From Patescibacteria group bacterium (GTDB taxonomy: Bacteria > Patescibacteriota > Microgenomatia > Levybacterales > UBA12049), in assembly GCA_026004395.1 (NCBI GenBank), contig BPJB01000001.1, positions 777,226-841,225 on the forward strand: 64,000 nucleotides of DNA, given 5' to 3'. The notes beneath the pieces are model-generated. The model worked only from the letters and a program-made list of their open reading frames with translations. It ran no database searches and was not told the origin of the DNA. The position numbers and the translations under genes are program-made. Position 1 is the first letter of the stretch. Each line of letters starts with the position of its first letter. Positions 49,116-60,212 of this stretch are shown piece by piece.

Positions 49116-50519
49116 ATGCGTGTATTTCTTGTCAATTTCGTACTTTCCTATCTTCGTTTTTTCGCACGTAAAGCACTTCAAAAGCATCAACCAATTATTA
49201 TTGGTATAGCAGGATCAGTTGGCAAATCTTCAACTCGTAATGCAATTGAAGCAATACTCAAAGATTATTCTGCAGTAAAATCAGTTGGTAATTCAGAGAC
49301 AGGCATTCCTTTGGGAATTTTAGGAATGAAACCCCAAAATTATACCAAGCTTGAGTGGCTCAAAATGCTTCTTCGAGCCCCTTTGCGTCTTAATTATCTT
49401 AAAGGAACAAAATATCTTATTGCAGAAATGGGAATTGATGATCCCTATCCTCCCAAAAATATGGAATACCTTTTAACAATTCTCAAACCAGATATTGCAA
49501 TCTCATTAAACGTATCTGCAACCCATACAATGCAATTTGAAAAAGCACTTTCTCCAAAAGATAAACAACTCAATGACCAAGAAAAATTAAAAAAAGTTAT
49601 CCAAAAGATTGCAGAAGAAGATACAAAAATCCTGACAAAATCAAGCTGTAATATTGGTATTTATAATGCCGACGATGAAGCATTAGTTGATGCAATCCAG
49701 AAAAAACGTAAAAAATTACTTTCTACGGAACTTTTTACTTTCGGAAAAAGAAAAACGAACGACATCTTTTATGGTGAATATAATATTTCATTAACTGGTA
49801 CTAAACTAAATCTTTATGTCAAAGATATACAGGGCAAAAAGCTTCAACACCTCAAATTATATTTCACTAATATGATTCTTCCTCAGGAATATCAAGAAGT
49901 TTTCGCTGCTGCAGTTCTTTCGACAATCCAAACAGGATTAACTCTCTCACAAATCAAAAACTCTCTTGAGAAAAACTTCACACTTCCTAAAGGCAGATCG
50001 AGCATCTTCATGGGTATTCACAATAGCGTTATTATTGATTCAACATATAACGCATCAAGACGGTCTGTAGAGGCTTTTCTCGATCTCGTTGATACTCTAA
50101 AAAAAGCGACAGATCGTCCAGTTGTTTTTCTCTTTGGAGATATGAGAGAGTTAGGTAATGAGGCTTATATTGAACATAGAGCTATTGCTGAAAAAATATT
50201 GGGTATTGTTGACAATTTATACCTAGTTGGTCCATTGACAAAGGAATATGTACTGCCTAACATAAAGCGTGCAAAAAACGAAGTACACGAAGTACTCTGG
50301 TTTGATACATCAATCAAAGCAGGAGAATATATGAAAAAACATCTACCTTATAATGCTATCGTGCTTGCCAAAGGATCACAAAATACAATCTTTCTTGAGG
50401 AGGCAATCAAAATGATTTTAGCAGATAAAAAGGATGCTCAGAATTTATGCAGACAAGATGAATACTGGAGCAATGTCAAAAAAAATTTTTTTGATAGCCA
50501 TAAGAATATCTTATCTTAA
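49116..50519 (+). CDS. Mur-ligase family protein (MurF-like)
   Basis: 467 aa. P-loop GIAGSVGKSSTRN and NSETGIPLGIL resembling the MurF ITGSNGKTTT / NNEIGVPLT motifs. Confidence 0.55.
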   Translation: MRVFLVNFVLSYLRFFARKALQKHQPIIIGIAGSVGKSSTRNAIEAILKDYSAVKSVGNSETGIPLGILGMKPQNYTKLEWLKMLLRAPLRLNYLKGTKYLIAEMGIDDPYPPKNMEYLLTILKPDIAISLNVSATHTMQFEKALSPKDKQLNDQEKLKKVIQKIAEEDTKILTKSSCNIGIYNADDEALVDAIQKKRKKLLSTELFTFGKRKTNDIFYGEYNISLTGTKLNLYVKDIQGKKLQHLKLYFTNMILPQEYQEVFAAAVLSTIQTGLTLSQIKNSLEKNFTLPKGRSSIFMGIHNSVIIDSTYNASRRSVEAFLDLVDTLKKATDRPVVFLFGDMRELGNEAYIEHRAIAEKILGIVDNLYLVGPLTKEYVLPNIKRAKNEVHEVLWFDTSIKAGEYMKKHLPYNAIVLAKGSQNTIFLEEAIKMILADKKDAQNLCRQDEYWSNVKKNFFDSHKNILS

Positions 50520-50737
50520 ATAAACTAAAATCCATCTTCAAACTACTTTCTATTTTATAAAAACGAATTAATCACACTACCAAAGGGATATTATCATGTT
50601 CTTTGCGTGTGTCTTTACAATACCGTTCTAACAGACACTATCCGAAATTCCTGACCGAAACAATTTGCTTCGCCTCGCTACTGTGCCGTGAGGCAGCAAT
50701 CCTAGCAGAAAATTGCCTTTTTTTTAGAAGAATTTTT

Positions 50738-50813
50738 TGGTGGGTACTGATGGAATCGAACCATCCACCTCTGTCTTATCAGGACAGCGTTCTAGCCGAT
50801 GAACTAAGTACCC
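50738..50813 (-). tRNA. tRNA-Ile (anticodon GAT), CCA encoded
   Basis: Minus-strand 76-nt cloverleaf GGGTACTTAGTTCATCGGCTAGAACGCTGTCCTGATAAGACAGAGGTGGATGGTTCGATTCCATCAGTACCCACCA. 7-bp acceptor, D stem GTTC/GAAC, anticodon stem CTGTC/GACAG with loop CTGATAA, T stem GATGG/CCATC. Confidence 0.85.
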
Positions 50814-50872
50814 AATCTAAGTGATAAAAACAAAAAACTGCTCTAAGCGAAAATTAAAATTCTCAACTTACG

Positions 50873-51307
50873 CTATTTTAGCAGATTTTGGATTTTTTTG
50901 GGAAGATTTGCTTCATCAATATCTCCTCTATCTACTAATATAAGAGATTTAAGAAGTGTTCTTTGATGAATTTGAAGATCTAGAATAGTATTGAGCTTTT
51001 TCTCTGCTTCATCTGATCCAAAATACTTAAACTGCATAAACTCTAATAACTGTTTATTAATATCCTTATTAACAACTCGAAGTTCAGAAAGAATCTTTTC
51101 TATTTTTATAGACGAAGCTTGATTTGAAAAAACATTTTGTATTTGAGATAGTAGTGGTTTTGATGAAGAGAGCTTTGAAGCTTTTTTCAACTTCGGAAGA
51201 TCTAGCCACTGTCCTAATTGAAGCTCTATAGTTTTGTCAAGTTTTTCTTCACTAAAACCTGTTTCATCTTTTCCTTTTTGAAAAAAGGTATTTCCGCCGT
51301 TCTCCAT
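50873..51307 (-). CDS. Hypothetical protein
   Basis: 144 aa ORF with no recognisable motif. Confidence 0.3.
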   Translation of the reverse strand: MENGGNTFFQKGKDETGFSEEKLDKTIELQLGQWLDLPKLKKASKLSSSKPLLSQIQNVFSNQASSIKIEKILSELRVVNKDINKQLLEFMQFKYFGSDEAEKKLNTILDLQIHQRTLLKSLILVDRGDIDEANLPKKIQNLLK

Positions 51308-51313
51308 ATTCGT

Positions 51314-51538
51314 TTATTTCTTTCTTTTTTCTACATCCCTCTCATGTGCATATTTTATTTCTTGCGCTACAAAACCAAGAGTGTGGCGAACAATTCGCAT
51401 ACGACCTCTTCTGCCCAATGCATATCTTAAAGTATTTGAGAGGATGTGAGAAAAACTTCTTGTTCTTAAATCTTGTTGCACCTCATCTAATTTTTTAAGG
51501 GAAGAGTCAATAATCTGATTAATCTCTTTACTAGCCAT
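51314..51538 (-). CDS. Hypothetical small basic protein
   Basis: 74 aa ORF, Arg/Lys-rich C-terminal half (RYALGRRGRMRIVRHTLGF). Possibly nucleic-acid binding. Confidence 0.3.
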   Translation of the reverse strand: MASKEINQIIDSSLKKLDEVQQDLRTRSFSHILSNTLRYALGRRGRMRIVRHTLGFVAQEIKYAHERDVEKRKK

Positions 51539-51544
51539 AAAACT

Positions 51545-51778
51545 TTACTTTTTTTTGTTTATTCTATTTATGATAATTATCTGTCCAGCATCTACTGCGG
51601 CAAGTGTTAAAGCAGGAACAACAAGCGGTGAAAGACCCGGTGTTACAGCTGCAACTGCAGCTACACCTAAAGCGCCAACAAGTGTTAACTTGTTCAAATT
51701 TTCATACCATTGAAGCGGTCTACTGCGGACTTCTTGATTTGCCATAGTATTCCAAATTTGTATCTTTGATCTTAGCAC
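51545..51778 (-). CDS. Hypothetical small membrane protein
   Basis: 77 aa ORF with Ala/Val-rich hydrophobic helix (LVGALGVAAVAAVTPGLSPLVVPALTLAAV). Confidence 0.3.
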   Translation of the reverse strand: MLRSKIQIWNTMANQEVRSRPLQWYENLNKLTLVGALGVAAVAAVTPGLSPLVVPALTLAAVDAGQIIIINRINKKK

Positions 51779-51898
51779 ACTCAGAATTGAGGTTCAACCT
51801 CATTCTTTTTCTTTAAGAAGAGATTAAAAATACTTACAATCTACTCACTAAAAAAACATTACATCCGCGGAGGGATACACGCTAAATCTGTTTACTTG

Positions 51899-51971
51899 AG
51901 GCGCGAAGGGGACTTGCACCCCTGAATGGCTGTTCTGCAGACAGCTGTGTTAGCTACTTCACCACCGCGCC
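51899..51971 (-). tRNA. tRNA-Cys (anticodon GCA), CCA not encoded
   Basis: Minus-strand 73-nt GGCGCGGTGGTGAAGTAGCTAACACAGCTGTCTGCAGAACAGCCATTCAGGGGTGCAAGTCCCCTTCGCGCCT. Acceptor GGCGCGG/TCGCGCC (one G-U), anticodon stem GCTGT/ACAGC with loop CTGCAGA, T arm AGGGG-TGCAAGT-CCCCT. D stem is short (3 bp). Confidence 0.7.
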
Positions 51972-52192
51972 AAAAAAGCAAAATATTTTTTTAATTCCCA
52001 CTAATAAATCCTAAACTTTTAGGATGTAGTTGCAACAAAATCTAAACTCTTTGCAATTGTAGCAAAGCATGGCCACTCAGGCAAGCAAATTTTCTCCTTC
52101 TAAAAATTTTTTAATCGCAATTTTGCTTCCAATCACAACAGTTTTGCAACATGCTTATAAATATTACTACAATATAAGAAATATTCTATTTT

Positions 52193-52957
52193 ATGGCAAT
52201 TCTTGCTGAAACGCTGAAGAATAAATTTCACGGGTTTCTTTATGGCAGTCCACATCCTGCTTTACCTTCAGATTTTCCATCAGAGAGATTAAGATATATT
52301 AGAGATTATGGAAAAGTTGGAGTCACAGAACTTGTCTCAATCATCTGTAAAGATAGTTCATATAATTTTTTTGCTCCATATTTTGCTCTTAAATTGTTAG
52401 ATTGCCAACCTGAGCATCAATATGAACTACTATCACATATAGTACAAACTTTTAGCATAGGAGGAACATATGAGGATACAAGTCAGGTTATCACATCGTT
52501 CTTCCAAACTCGACCTTCTCTACCAACACAAGCTGTTGCACCTAATAAACTACGTCAAGTAATAGAAAGAGGTCCAGCATATGTGGAGGAATGTATAGTA
52601 CGTGTGGCAAAAGAAGTAGAAGAAAAAGGCAAGTCTCCGGTAATTCTTGGCTATGCTGGCTTGTTAGCACTCAGAGAATTTATTATCCGATGGAAAACAT
52701 CATCTATATATATCTTATTTCCTGATAATCTAACAGATAGTGAAAAAGTAAAAGGTTACGAAATAATAAGAGAACAAACCAAAAGTTATGTAGGTGATCT
52801 TGCACCACGGAGTTTCACTTCCACAAACAATTTTGGATTGATTGATAATACTATTTATACAGGGGAAACTATAAAAAAAGCAAAAAATTTTATTAATCAG
52901 TACAATCCAAACGCCCTAATCTCAGATCATCCTTTTTATATTACTCGCCTCGCCTAG
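52193..52957 (+). CDS. Hypothetical protein (possible phosphoribosyltransferase-like C-terminus)
   Basis: 254 aa ORF. GLIDNTIYTGETIKKA weakly resembles the type I PRTase PRPP-binding motif. Confidence 0.3.
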   Translation: MAILAETLKNKFHGFLYGSPHPALPSDFPSERLRYIRDYGKVGVTELVSIICKDSSYNFFAPYFALKLLDCQPEHQYELLSHIVQTFSIGGTYEDTSQVITSFFQTRPSLPTQAVAPNKLRQVIERGPAYVEECIVRVAKEVEEKGKSPVILGYAGLLALREFIIRWKTSSIYILFPDNLTDSEKVKGYEIIREQTKSYVGDLAPRSFTSTNNFGLIDNTIYTGETIKKAKNFINQYNPNALISDHPFYITRLA

Positions 52958-53320
52958 CTATTCTGCAATTATTTAAAAAAATACCTCAAATTTGAAGAGG
53001 GAATATTTAAATATTTTTTATACTTTTATACAAACCTTGACAACCAAAAAGTGGTAGGAAATTGCGAGAGTAGATTCTTCTATCTCTCAGTATCCCACAA
53101 TGTAGAAAACTTTGCGGGATTCAGCACTTTTATCCAAAGAACATAGTTCCTTGAACTAGGCTGATAGCGAGATAGAACAGGAGCTACTCACTTCTCCTGT
53201 CGCCGTTATACACCTCCTGTCTCTGCCCCTCCAATAGGAGTGCAGACAACATTTAGTGTCTTCCCCTTTCCTCATCGATTTTGCAGTCGTCGATATAGTC
53301 GAGACTAGCAAATTGAATTT

Positions 53321-54785
<1,465 letters not shown>

Positions 54786-55596
54786 GAATTGGTTTTGAAC
54801 AAAAAATAACAGGATATAATACCTGTTAAAGGGAAGTTCAAAACCTATATATTCCCTACCACTTTTTGATTGTCAAAGATCTATGATTTATTTTTTGTTA
54901 TACCACTAATAACCAGTGGCAAAGTTAAGAGGTAGTAAATTGCTGTTTTGAAGAGACAAAAAAACTCGCCGAGGCGAGTTATTCTTTCTCCTCTGGCAAC
55001 AACAATCACATGGTAGTAGTTATTATACCCGTATTTTAAGGTTTGTCAACCCCGTTGGATTTATTCACTGTAAAGTGAATCCCCATTTTCGTTGCGTAAT
55101 ACATATAAAGATGCCTCCAAAGGGAAGAGTTGACGTATAGGAAAAAACTTATAACAAAACGTGAACAGATTGTTTCTGCTTTTGTTAATAACTATATTGG
55201 AAAGGATATAGATGTGAGATTATTCGATGGAAACTAATGGACGTGTCTTTCATCGAACTCGTTTAAGACTATAGTTGATGACAAAATACCGAATAGATAC
55301 GGGTGGTCTATTGCTCTATTACTACGAAAACTGAGAAATCACAAAATGCGGAATTTGAGAAGTAAATTTACAATAAATTTATTTTCATAGATATCTTTAC
55401 ATTTTTTTAAGAAATATATAAAATATTGCATTCTTACAACATCTGAATACTTTATGAAAAATGTCTAAAACACTTTCTATTTCTATTAAATATCTTTAGG
55501 AATAAGAAAATAAAAATATAATAAAATAATTCCTTATCTTTTTAAAGCAGTAAACAGTGTTTTAAACTTAATTTCTAAAGACAATTCACAAATTCT

Positions 55597-56871
55597 ATGA
55601 AAAAGAACAAACATATCCTTTTAGTTCGAAGCGGATATCCTAGTAAAGAATTTATATTAAAAAAGTTGAAAGAATTTAAGTATTATGTAATAGTGCTTGA
55701 TACCAAAAAAAGTTGTCCAGATTATTTAGTAGATGAATGGATTCTTACAAACTCATTAGATAATACGCAGGCTATAGAAGCAATAAAGCAGTATTTAAGA
55801 AAGGCAAACAAAAAAATAGATGGCGTAATTACGTTCTGGGAAGAAGCTGTAATAGCAACAGCGGCAATTGCACAGGAGTTATCACTTCCGGGAATTGATC
55901 CTAGAAAAGCAGAAGAAATAAAAAATAAATATACTTTTCGTTCTTTCTGTAAAATGAATAATTTTAACACTCCTTTTTTTTCCTTTTTAACAGAAAAGGA
56001 TGTTATCGATGAAAAAATAAAAAATAAATTACCCTTTCCTCTTGTTGTTAAACCTATTTATGGAGCAGCAAGCGCTTTTGTAATGAAAGTTGATTCATGG
56101 GAAGAGTTAAGAAATGCATTTTTCATTATTAAAAAATATATTAAATCATTTTGGCTGGCAAACGAATGGAAAAATTTTGATCTCTTTATTGAACAATATA
56201 TTGATGGACAAGAAGTAGATATAGATCTACTGATCCAAGAAGGAGAGATTAAATTCTGGTCTATCACGGATAATTTTCAAACTCATGAACCATTTTTTGT
56301 TGAAACAGGTCAAGCAATTCCTACAAATCTTTCTCACAACAAACAACAACAACTTATAGAAATGGCATCTAATATTCTTCGTACTGCTAAAATTAGAAAT
56401 GGATGTATTCATTTTGAGGCAAAATACTCCTCTTGCGGTCCAATACCAATTGAAATAAATCTAAGAATGGGCGGCGATGAAGTGTATAGTTTTATCAAAA
56501 ACGCCTGGGGAGTAGATCTTATTGAGAATGCTGTTAAAATATCACTTGGAGAAAAAATAGAGGTTAAAAAACCAAATAAACCTTTAATGTATCTTGAAGG
56601 AAGATATTTTCTACCTCACTGTGAAGGAAAAATCTCAAAAATTTTTATAGATCCTACTCTTATAAAAGACCCTTCTCTTTTTGAACTTAAAATTGTTAAA
56701 AAAATGGGAGATAATATTTTCCTTCCTCCTAAAGATTATGACTACTTTGGCTGGATTACTACTAAAGGAAGAACAGCAGAAAAAGCTCATGAAGCTTTAC
56801 TTAGATTATATCCTAAAGTGCAATTTTCAGTTAAAGAGTATGAACAAAATCAATTTCAAATGTATTTCTAA
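55597..56871 (+). CDS. ATP-grasp domain ligase (L-amino-acid-ligase / carboxylate-amine ligase-like)
   Basis: 424 aa. PLVVKPIYGAASAFVMKV, EQYIDGQEVDIDLL, IHFEAKY, PIEINLRMGGDEV motifs characteristic of ATP-grasp enzymes. Confidence 0.65.
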   Translation: MKKNKHILLVRSGYPSKEFILKKLKEFKYYVIVLDTKKSCPDYLVDEWILTNSLDNTQAIEAIKQYLRKANKKIDGVITFWEEAVIATAAIAQELSLPGIDPRKAEEIKNKYTFRSFCKMNNFNTPFFSFLTEKDVIDEKIKNKLPFPLVVKPIYGAASAFVMKVDSWEELRNAFFIIKKYIKSFWLANEWKNFDLFIEQYIDGQEVDIDLLIQEGEIKFWSITDNFQTHEPFFVETGQAIPTNLSHNKQQQLIEMASNILRTAKIRNGCIHFEAKYSSCGPIPIEINLRMGGDEVYSFIKNAWGVDLIENAVKISLGEKIEVKKPNKPLMYLEGRYFLPHCEGKISKIFIDPTLIKDPSLFELKIVKKMGDNIFLPPKDYDYFGWITTKGRTAEKAHEALLRLYPKVQFSVKEYEQNQFQMYF

Positions 56872-57757
56872 CATTAAAGAGGCAGAAATTGCCTGGAAAC
56901 AACTTTCTCCTTTAAAAAGTATTTATGATGACTGGGATTTTCGATATTGTTATTACAAATTCTTTCAATATCCGCTTTTTTTTTATGCAGGTTTTGATAA
57001 GAATGAATTAATTGGACTGTTACCCTTAATGTGGAATGAAGAAAAAGGTTACTTGGATTTCTTTGCAGGATTCAGTTATATGGAAGATAACGCAATATTT
57101 ATTAAAAGAGGTTATGAAAAATACTATAATAACTTTTTAGAATGTATTGATCGTCCTGCACTTTTAGAATATATGAGGCCGGATATGAAATTACTTAATA
57201 ATTCAGTTATTCAAGATTTTAATTATTCAGTTAACTTAAAATCTTTAAGATCATACGCAGATTTTATTTATCTGTACCTTGGAAAAAATACCGCTAAGAA
57301 ACTATTTTCCCAATTCAAAAAAATACAAAAACTTGGAGTTAAAATAATTTATGACAGATTCGATGATCTTTCTCTATTGGTGTACTGGAATAAAGTTAAA
57401 TTTGGAGCAAACTCAAGTTTTTATGAAAGACCACACTGGGAAACATTTATTAAAACTATTACAAAAAAATATCCTTCTAAAATTATTTCTGTTGAAATTA
57501 ATAAAAAAGTTGAAGGCGTAGGACTAGTTATTTTTTATAATAATATTTGTTATGGGATAAACTCAGGATATAATCCCACAATCAACAATCTCGGTAAGTA
57601 TATAACTATGCTAAAAATAGATGCAGGAATAAAAGCTAGAGCAACTACTTATGACGCTGGATCTGGTTCTTTTGGATGGAAAGAAGATTTCCATTTACTT
57701 AAAAAACCGCAGTATCAACTTGACTTGAGATCAAAATATATTACATGGCATCTCTAA
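56840..57757 (+). CDS. FemAB/BioF2-like (GNAT-fold, PF13480-like) protein, paralog 1
   Basis: ORF track starts at 56681, but the start aligned to the paralog is MNKINFK at 56840, overlapping the ATP-grasp stop by 32 nt. Pattern AW..LSP...IYDDWDFRY.YYK.F.YPLFFY......LIGLLPL...LDFFAG....DN. Confidence 0.4.
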   Translation: MNKINFKCISNIKEAEIAWKQLSPLKSIYDDWDFRYCYYKFFQYPLFFYAGFDKNELIGLLPLMWNEEKGYLDFFAGFSYMEDNAIFIKRGYEKYYNNFLECIDRPALLEYMRPDMKLLNNSVIQDFNYSVNLKSLRSYADFIYLYLGKNTAKKLFSQFKKIQKLGVKIIYDRFDDLSLLVYWNKVKFGANSSFYERPHWETFIKTITKKYPSKIISVEINKKVEGVGLVIFYNNICYGINSGYNPTINNLGKYITMLKIDAGIKARATTYDAGSGSFGWKEDFHLLKKPQYQLDLRSKYITWHL

Positions 57758-58647
57758 AACTTAAAACAATAACTAATCTCAATGATGCAAAACATATTTG
57801 GGAAATTCTATCTCCTAAAAAGAGAATCTATGATGATTGGAATTTTCGCTTTTCCTATTATAAATATTTCAAATATCCGCTTTTTTTCTATACGCTGTTT
57901 CAAAATGATATGCCTGTTGGACTTTTACCACTACAGTACAATACAAATTTAAAAATCTTAGAATTCTTTGGCGGAAATTATATGGAAGACAATAATATAT
58001 TTACTAATCCTGACCAAAAATCTATGTTTTATAAAAAATATCTCTTGCGAAAATTTTTACAGATGTCAAAATACAAAGTAATTCTTGACTTTATGGAGGA
58101 AGATATAGAAGGATTTCATTTTCAAATTTCAGATTATAAATATGAATTGCCATTAGAAAATTTGTCAAGTTTAAATGATTATTTAACAAAATATTGGAAA
58201 CGTAAATCACGTAACAATCTAAAAGCTCAAATTAAAAAATTATATAATCAAAAATTGATTATAAGATATGATAATTTTCTAGACTTAGAATACATGTTTG
58301 AATTAAATATAAAAAAATTTGGTAAAGAATCAACTCTTCTTTTTCCTCATAGAATTGATTTTCTAAAAGAAATTGTTAGGCAATTTAATTCCCATTTAAT
58401 TACCATTTCAATAAATTCGAGAAAAGAAGCGGTTGGTTTATCAGTACTTTATAACGGAATTTATATTGGATTAAATTCCGGAACTAATCCTTCTATTAAT
58501 GGACTTGGTAAATTTCTCTCTCTGCAAAAAATCGAACAAGCTATTTCTTTAGGCGCAATTTTATATGATGCAAGAGCGGGAGATTTGGGATGGAAAGAAG
58601 CTTTTCATTTTGTCAAAAGACCTCAATATAAACTAATAATAAACTAA
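57745..58647 (+). CDS. FemAB/BioF2-like (GNAT-fold, PF13480-like) protein, paralog 2
   Basis: 300 aa, colinear with paralog 1 (IWEILSPKKRIYDDWNFRFSYYKYFKYPLFFY....VGLLPL..LEFFGGNYMEDNN ... LGWKEAFHFVKRPQYKL). Confidence 0.4.
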   Translation: MASLKLKTITNLNDAKHIWEILSPKKRIYDDWNFRFSYYKYFKYPLFFYTLFQNDMPVGLLPLQYNTNLKILEFFGGNYMEDNNIFTNPDQKSMFYKKYLLRKFLQMSKYKVILDFMEEDIEGFHFQISDYKYELPLENLSSLNDYLTKYWKRKSRNNLKAQIKKLYNQKLIIRYDNFLDLEYMFELNIKKFGKESTLLFPHRIDFLKEIVRQFNSHLITISINSRKEAVGLSVLYNGIYIGLNSGTNPSINGLGKFLSLQKIEQAISLGAILYDARAGDLGWKEAFHFVKRPQYKLIIN

Positions 58648-58686
58648 ATTATGATATTTAAAATTCAATAAATTTAAAATGAAACA

Positions 58687-59244
58687 TTATATTGTCTGAA
58701 AAAATCTTATTTTTTGAAAATCCTCCCTCAAAGAAGACAAAAATTTCTTAGGAAATCTTAATGCTGCTGCTGGATGGTATGTTAAAAAATATTTAATTCC
58801 ATCTTTATCTTCGATAATTTTACCATGCTCTTTAACCACAGATACTCGCTTCTGAAGAACACCCTCAGCCGCAACTCTTCCCAGAAGGACCACAATCTTA
58901 GGATGAATAATATTAAGTTGCTTTAGTAAATGCTCTCTACCATGTGCAATATCCTCCGATGTAGGAGTACCCCTATTTGGTAGATATTTAACAGGACTTG
59001 TAATATAAACCTCCTTTTCTTGCAAACCTATTTCACGAATGAGGCTACGCAAAAGTTGTCCTGATCTACCCACAAAGGGTCTTCCTGTTTCTGACTCTAC
59101 ACGACCCGGTGCTTCACCAATAAACGCAATATCCGCATCTGGATTGCCCTCTCCTGGAACCGGCTTACCACTTTTTCCGATCTTACAGAGATCACATTGT
59201 TCGATTTCTTTGGCAATAGCATCAAGATACTGTTGCTTGTTCAT
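58687..59244 (-). CDS. Uracil-DNA glycosylase, family 4 (Fe-S type)
   Basis: 185 aa. CDLCKI....KPVPGEGNPDADIAFIGEAPG and HPAAALR motifs of UDG family 4. Confidence 0.8.
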   Translation of the reverse strand: MNKQQYLDAIAKEIEQCDLCKIGKSGKPVPGEGNPDADIAFIGEAPGRVESETGRPFVGRSGQLLRSLIREIGLQEKEVYITSPVKYLPNRGTPTSEDIAHGREHLLKQLNIIHPKIVVLLGRVAAEGVLQKRVSVVKEHGKIIEDKDGIKYFLTYHPAAALRFPKKFLSSLREDFQKIRFFQTI

Positions 59245-59277
59245 ACATAATAAAAGAGAAACATCATAGGTATGTGG

Positions 59278-59523
59278 TTAACGGATGCGCATCCTACGAC
59301 TTCTTTTAAGAGGTTGACTCAAATTTTGCATAAGAAAAAATGCCGCCGCCTCTGGAATCTCATCTAAAAGAATTACTCCTTCTGGTGGATTATCAAAATC
59401 AATGAGTCCATATCTTCTTTCAAGTACTCTATAATTAATCTTTTTTTCTTCTGACGTTTTTCCAAAATTATCTGAATTTTCTATCTCTGAGGAATGGACA
59501 AACCCAGATAGTCTTTCTACCAT
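59278..59523 (-). CDS. Hypothetical protein
   Basis: 81 aa ORF with no motif. Confidence 0.25.
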   Translation of the reverse strand: MVERLSGFVHSSEIENSDNFGKTSEEKKINYRVLERRYGLIDFDNPPEGVILLDEIPEAAAFFLMQNLSQPLKRSRRMRIR

Positions 59524-59586
59524 ATAGCACTAACGTAGCACATGTATTTATCCTTTACAATATATTTCTCAATGAAGCTAAAACTT

Positions 59587-60150
59587 TTAACACTTTTGTT
59601 TCTGATCTTTTTTGCTCTTAGTTAAATGCTTCATTACCTCAAAGAGAACAATTGCTAGACTTACCATAACATTTAAGCTCTTATTCACACCCCACATGGG
59701 TATCTCAACAATCCCATCTGATGCATTCAATGCCTCTTTTGAAACTCCAGTAGATTCATTGCCCACAACAAGAGCAATGGGAAAGGTATATTGCACAGAA
59801 TCATAGGGAACACTGCGAGGATCAAGCTCTATAGAATAGATTTTGATTCCCGCAACTTCTTTTCGCAAGAAAGCAATTGCTTCTTTTGCTGAGCGAAAAT
59901 ATTCCCAGTTAACCCACTCTGTTGTATTAACTGATGCTTTTTTGATACGTGTATGGGGTGGTGTTTCAGTTTGTCCGCACAATAGTACTCTCTCTGCGGC
60001 AACAGCATCAGCTAATCTAAAGATTGCGCCCACATTGTATGTATCCAAGACATTATCAACAACAATATATACTGGATTTTTTTTAATTTTTTTAATCTGC
60101 TCAGGAGTTGGAATTGTCGTCCTCAGTTCCGCAGCTCCAAGTTTTAGCAT
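59587..60150 (-). CDS. SpoU/TrmH-family RNA 2'-O-methyltransferase
   Basis: 187 aa. SPOUT motifs (YNVGAIFRLADA, LVVGNESTGVS, VEIPMWGVNKSLNV). Confidence 0.75.
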   Translation of the reverse strand: MLKLGAAELRTTIPTPEQIKKIKKNPVYIVVDNVLDTYNVGAIFRLADAVAAERVLLCGQTETPPHTRIKKASVNTTEWVNWEYFRSAKEAIAFLRKEVAGIKIYSIELDPRSVPYDSVQYTFPIALVVGNESTGVSKEALNASDGIVEIPMWGVNKSLNVMVSLAIVLFEVMKHLTKSKKDQKQKC

Positions 60151-60212
60151 ATAGAGGATTAATTATACTACAGTAGAGATTGGTTGTCCTCTTCTTTAGT
60201 CTTTTAAGATAT

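Noticed and set aside
50603-50824. 73-aa plus-strand ORF
   Set aside because: Overlaps the well-formed minus-strand tRNA-Ile(GAT) and a structured GC-rich spacer. It has no coding signal and is probably spurious.
51314-51538. Considered a histone-like or ribosomal-protein identity for the 74-aa basic ORF
   Set aside because: Arg-rich segment (ALGRRGRMRIVRH) is suggestive but matches no family I can name. Left as hypothetical.
52958-53320. Looked for tRNA-Ala/tRNA-Ile in the 16S downstream spacer
   Set aside because: Only processing-stem-like inverted repeats (GACAGGAG...CTCCTGT) are seen, and no cloverleaf.
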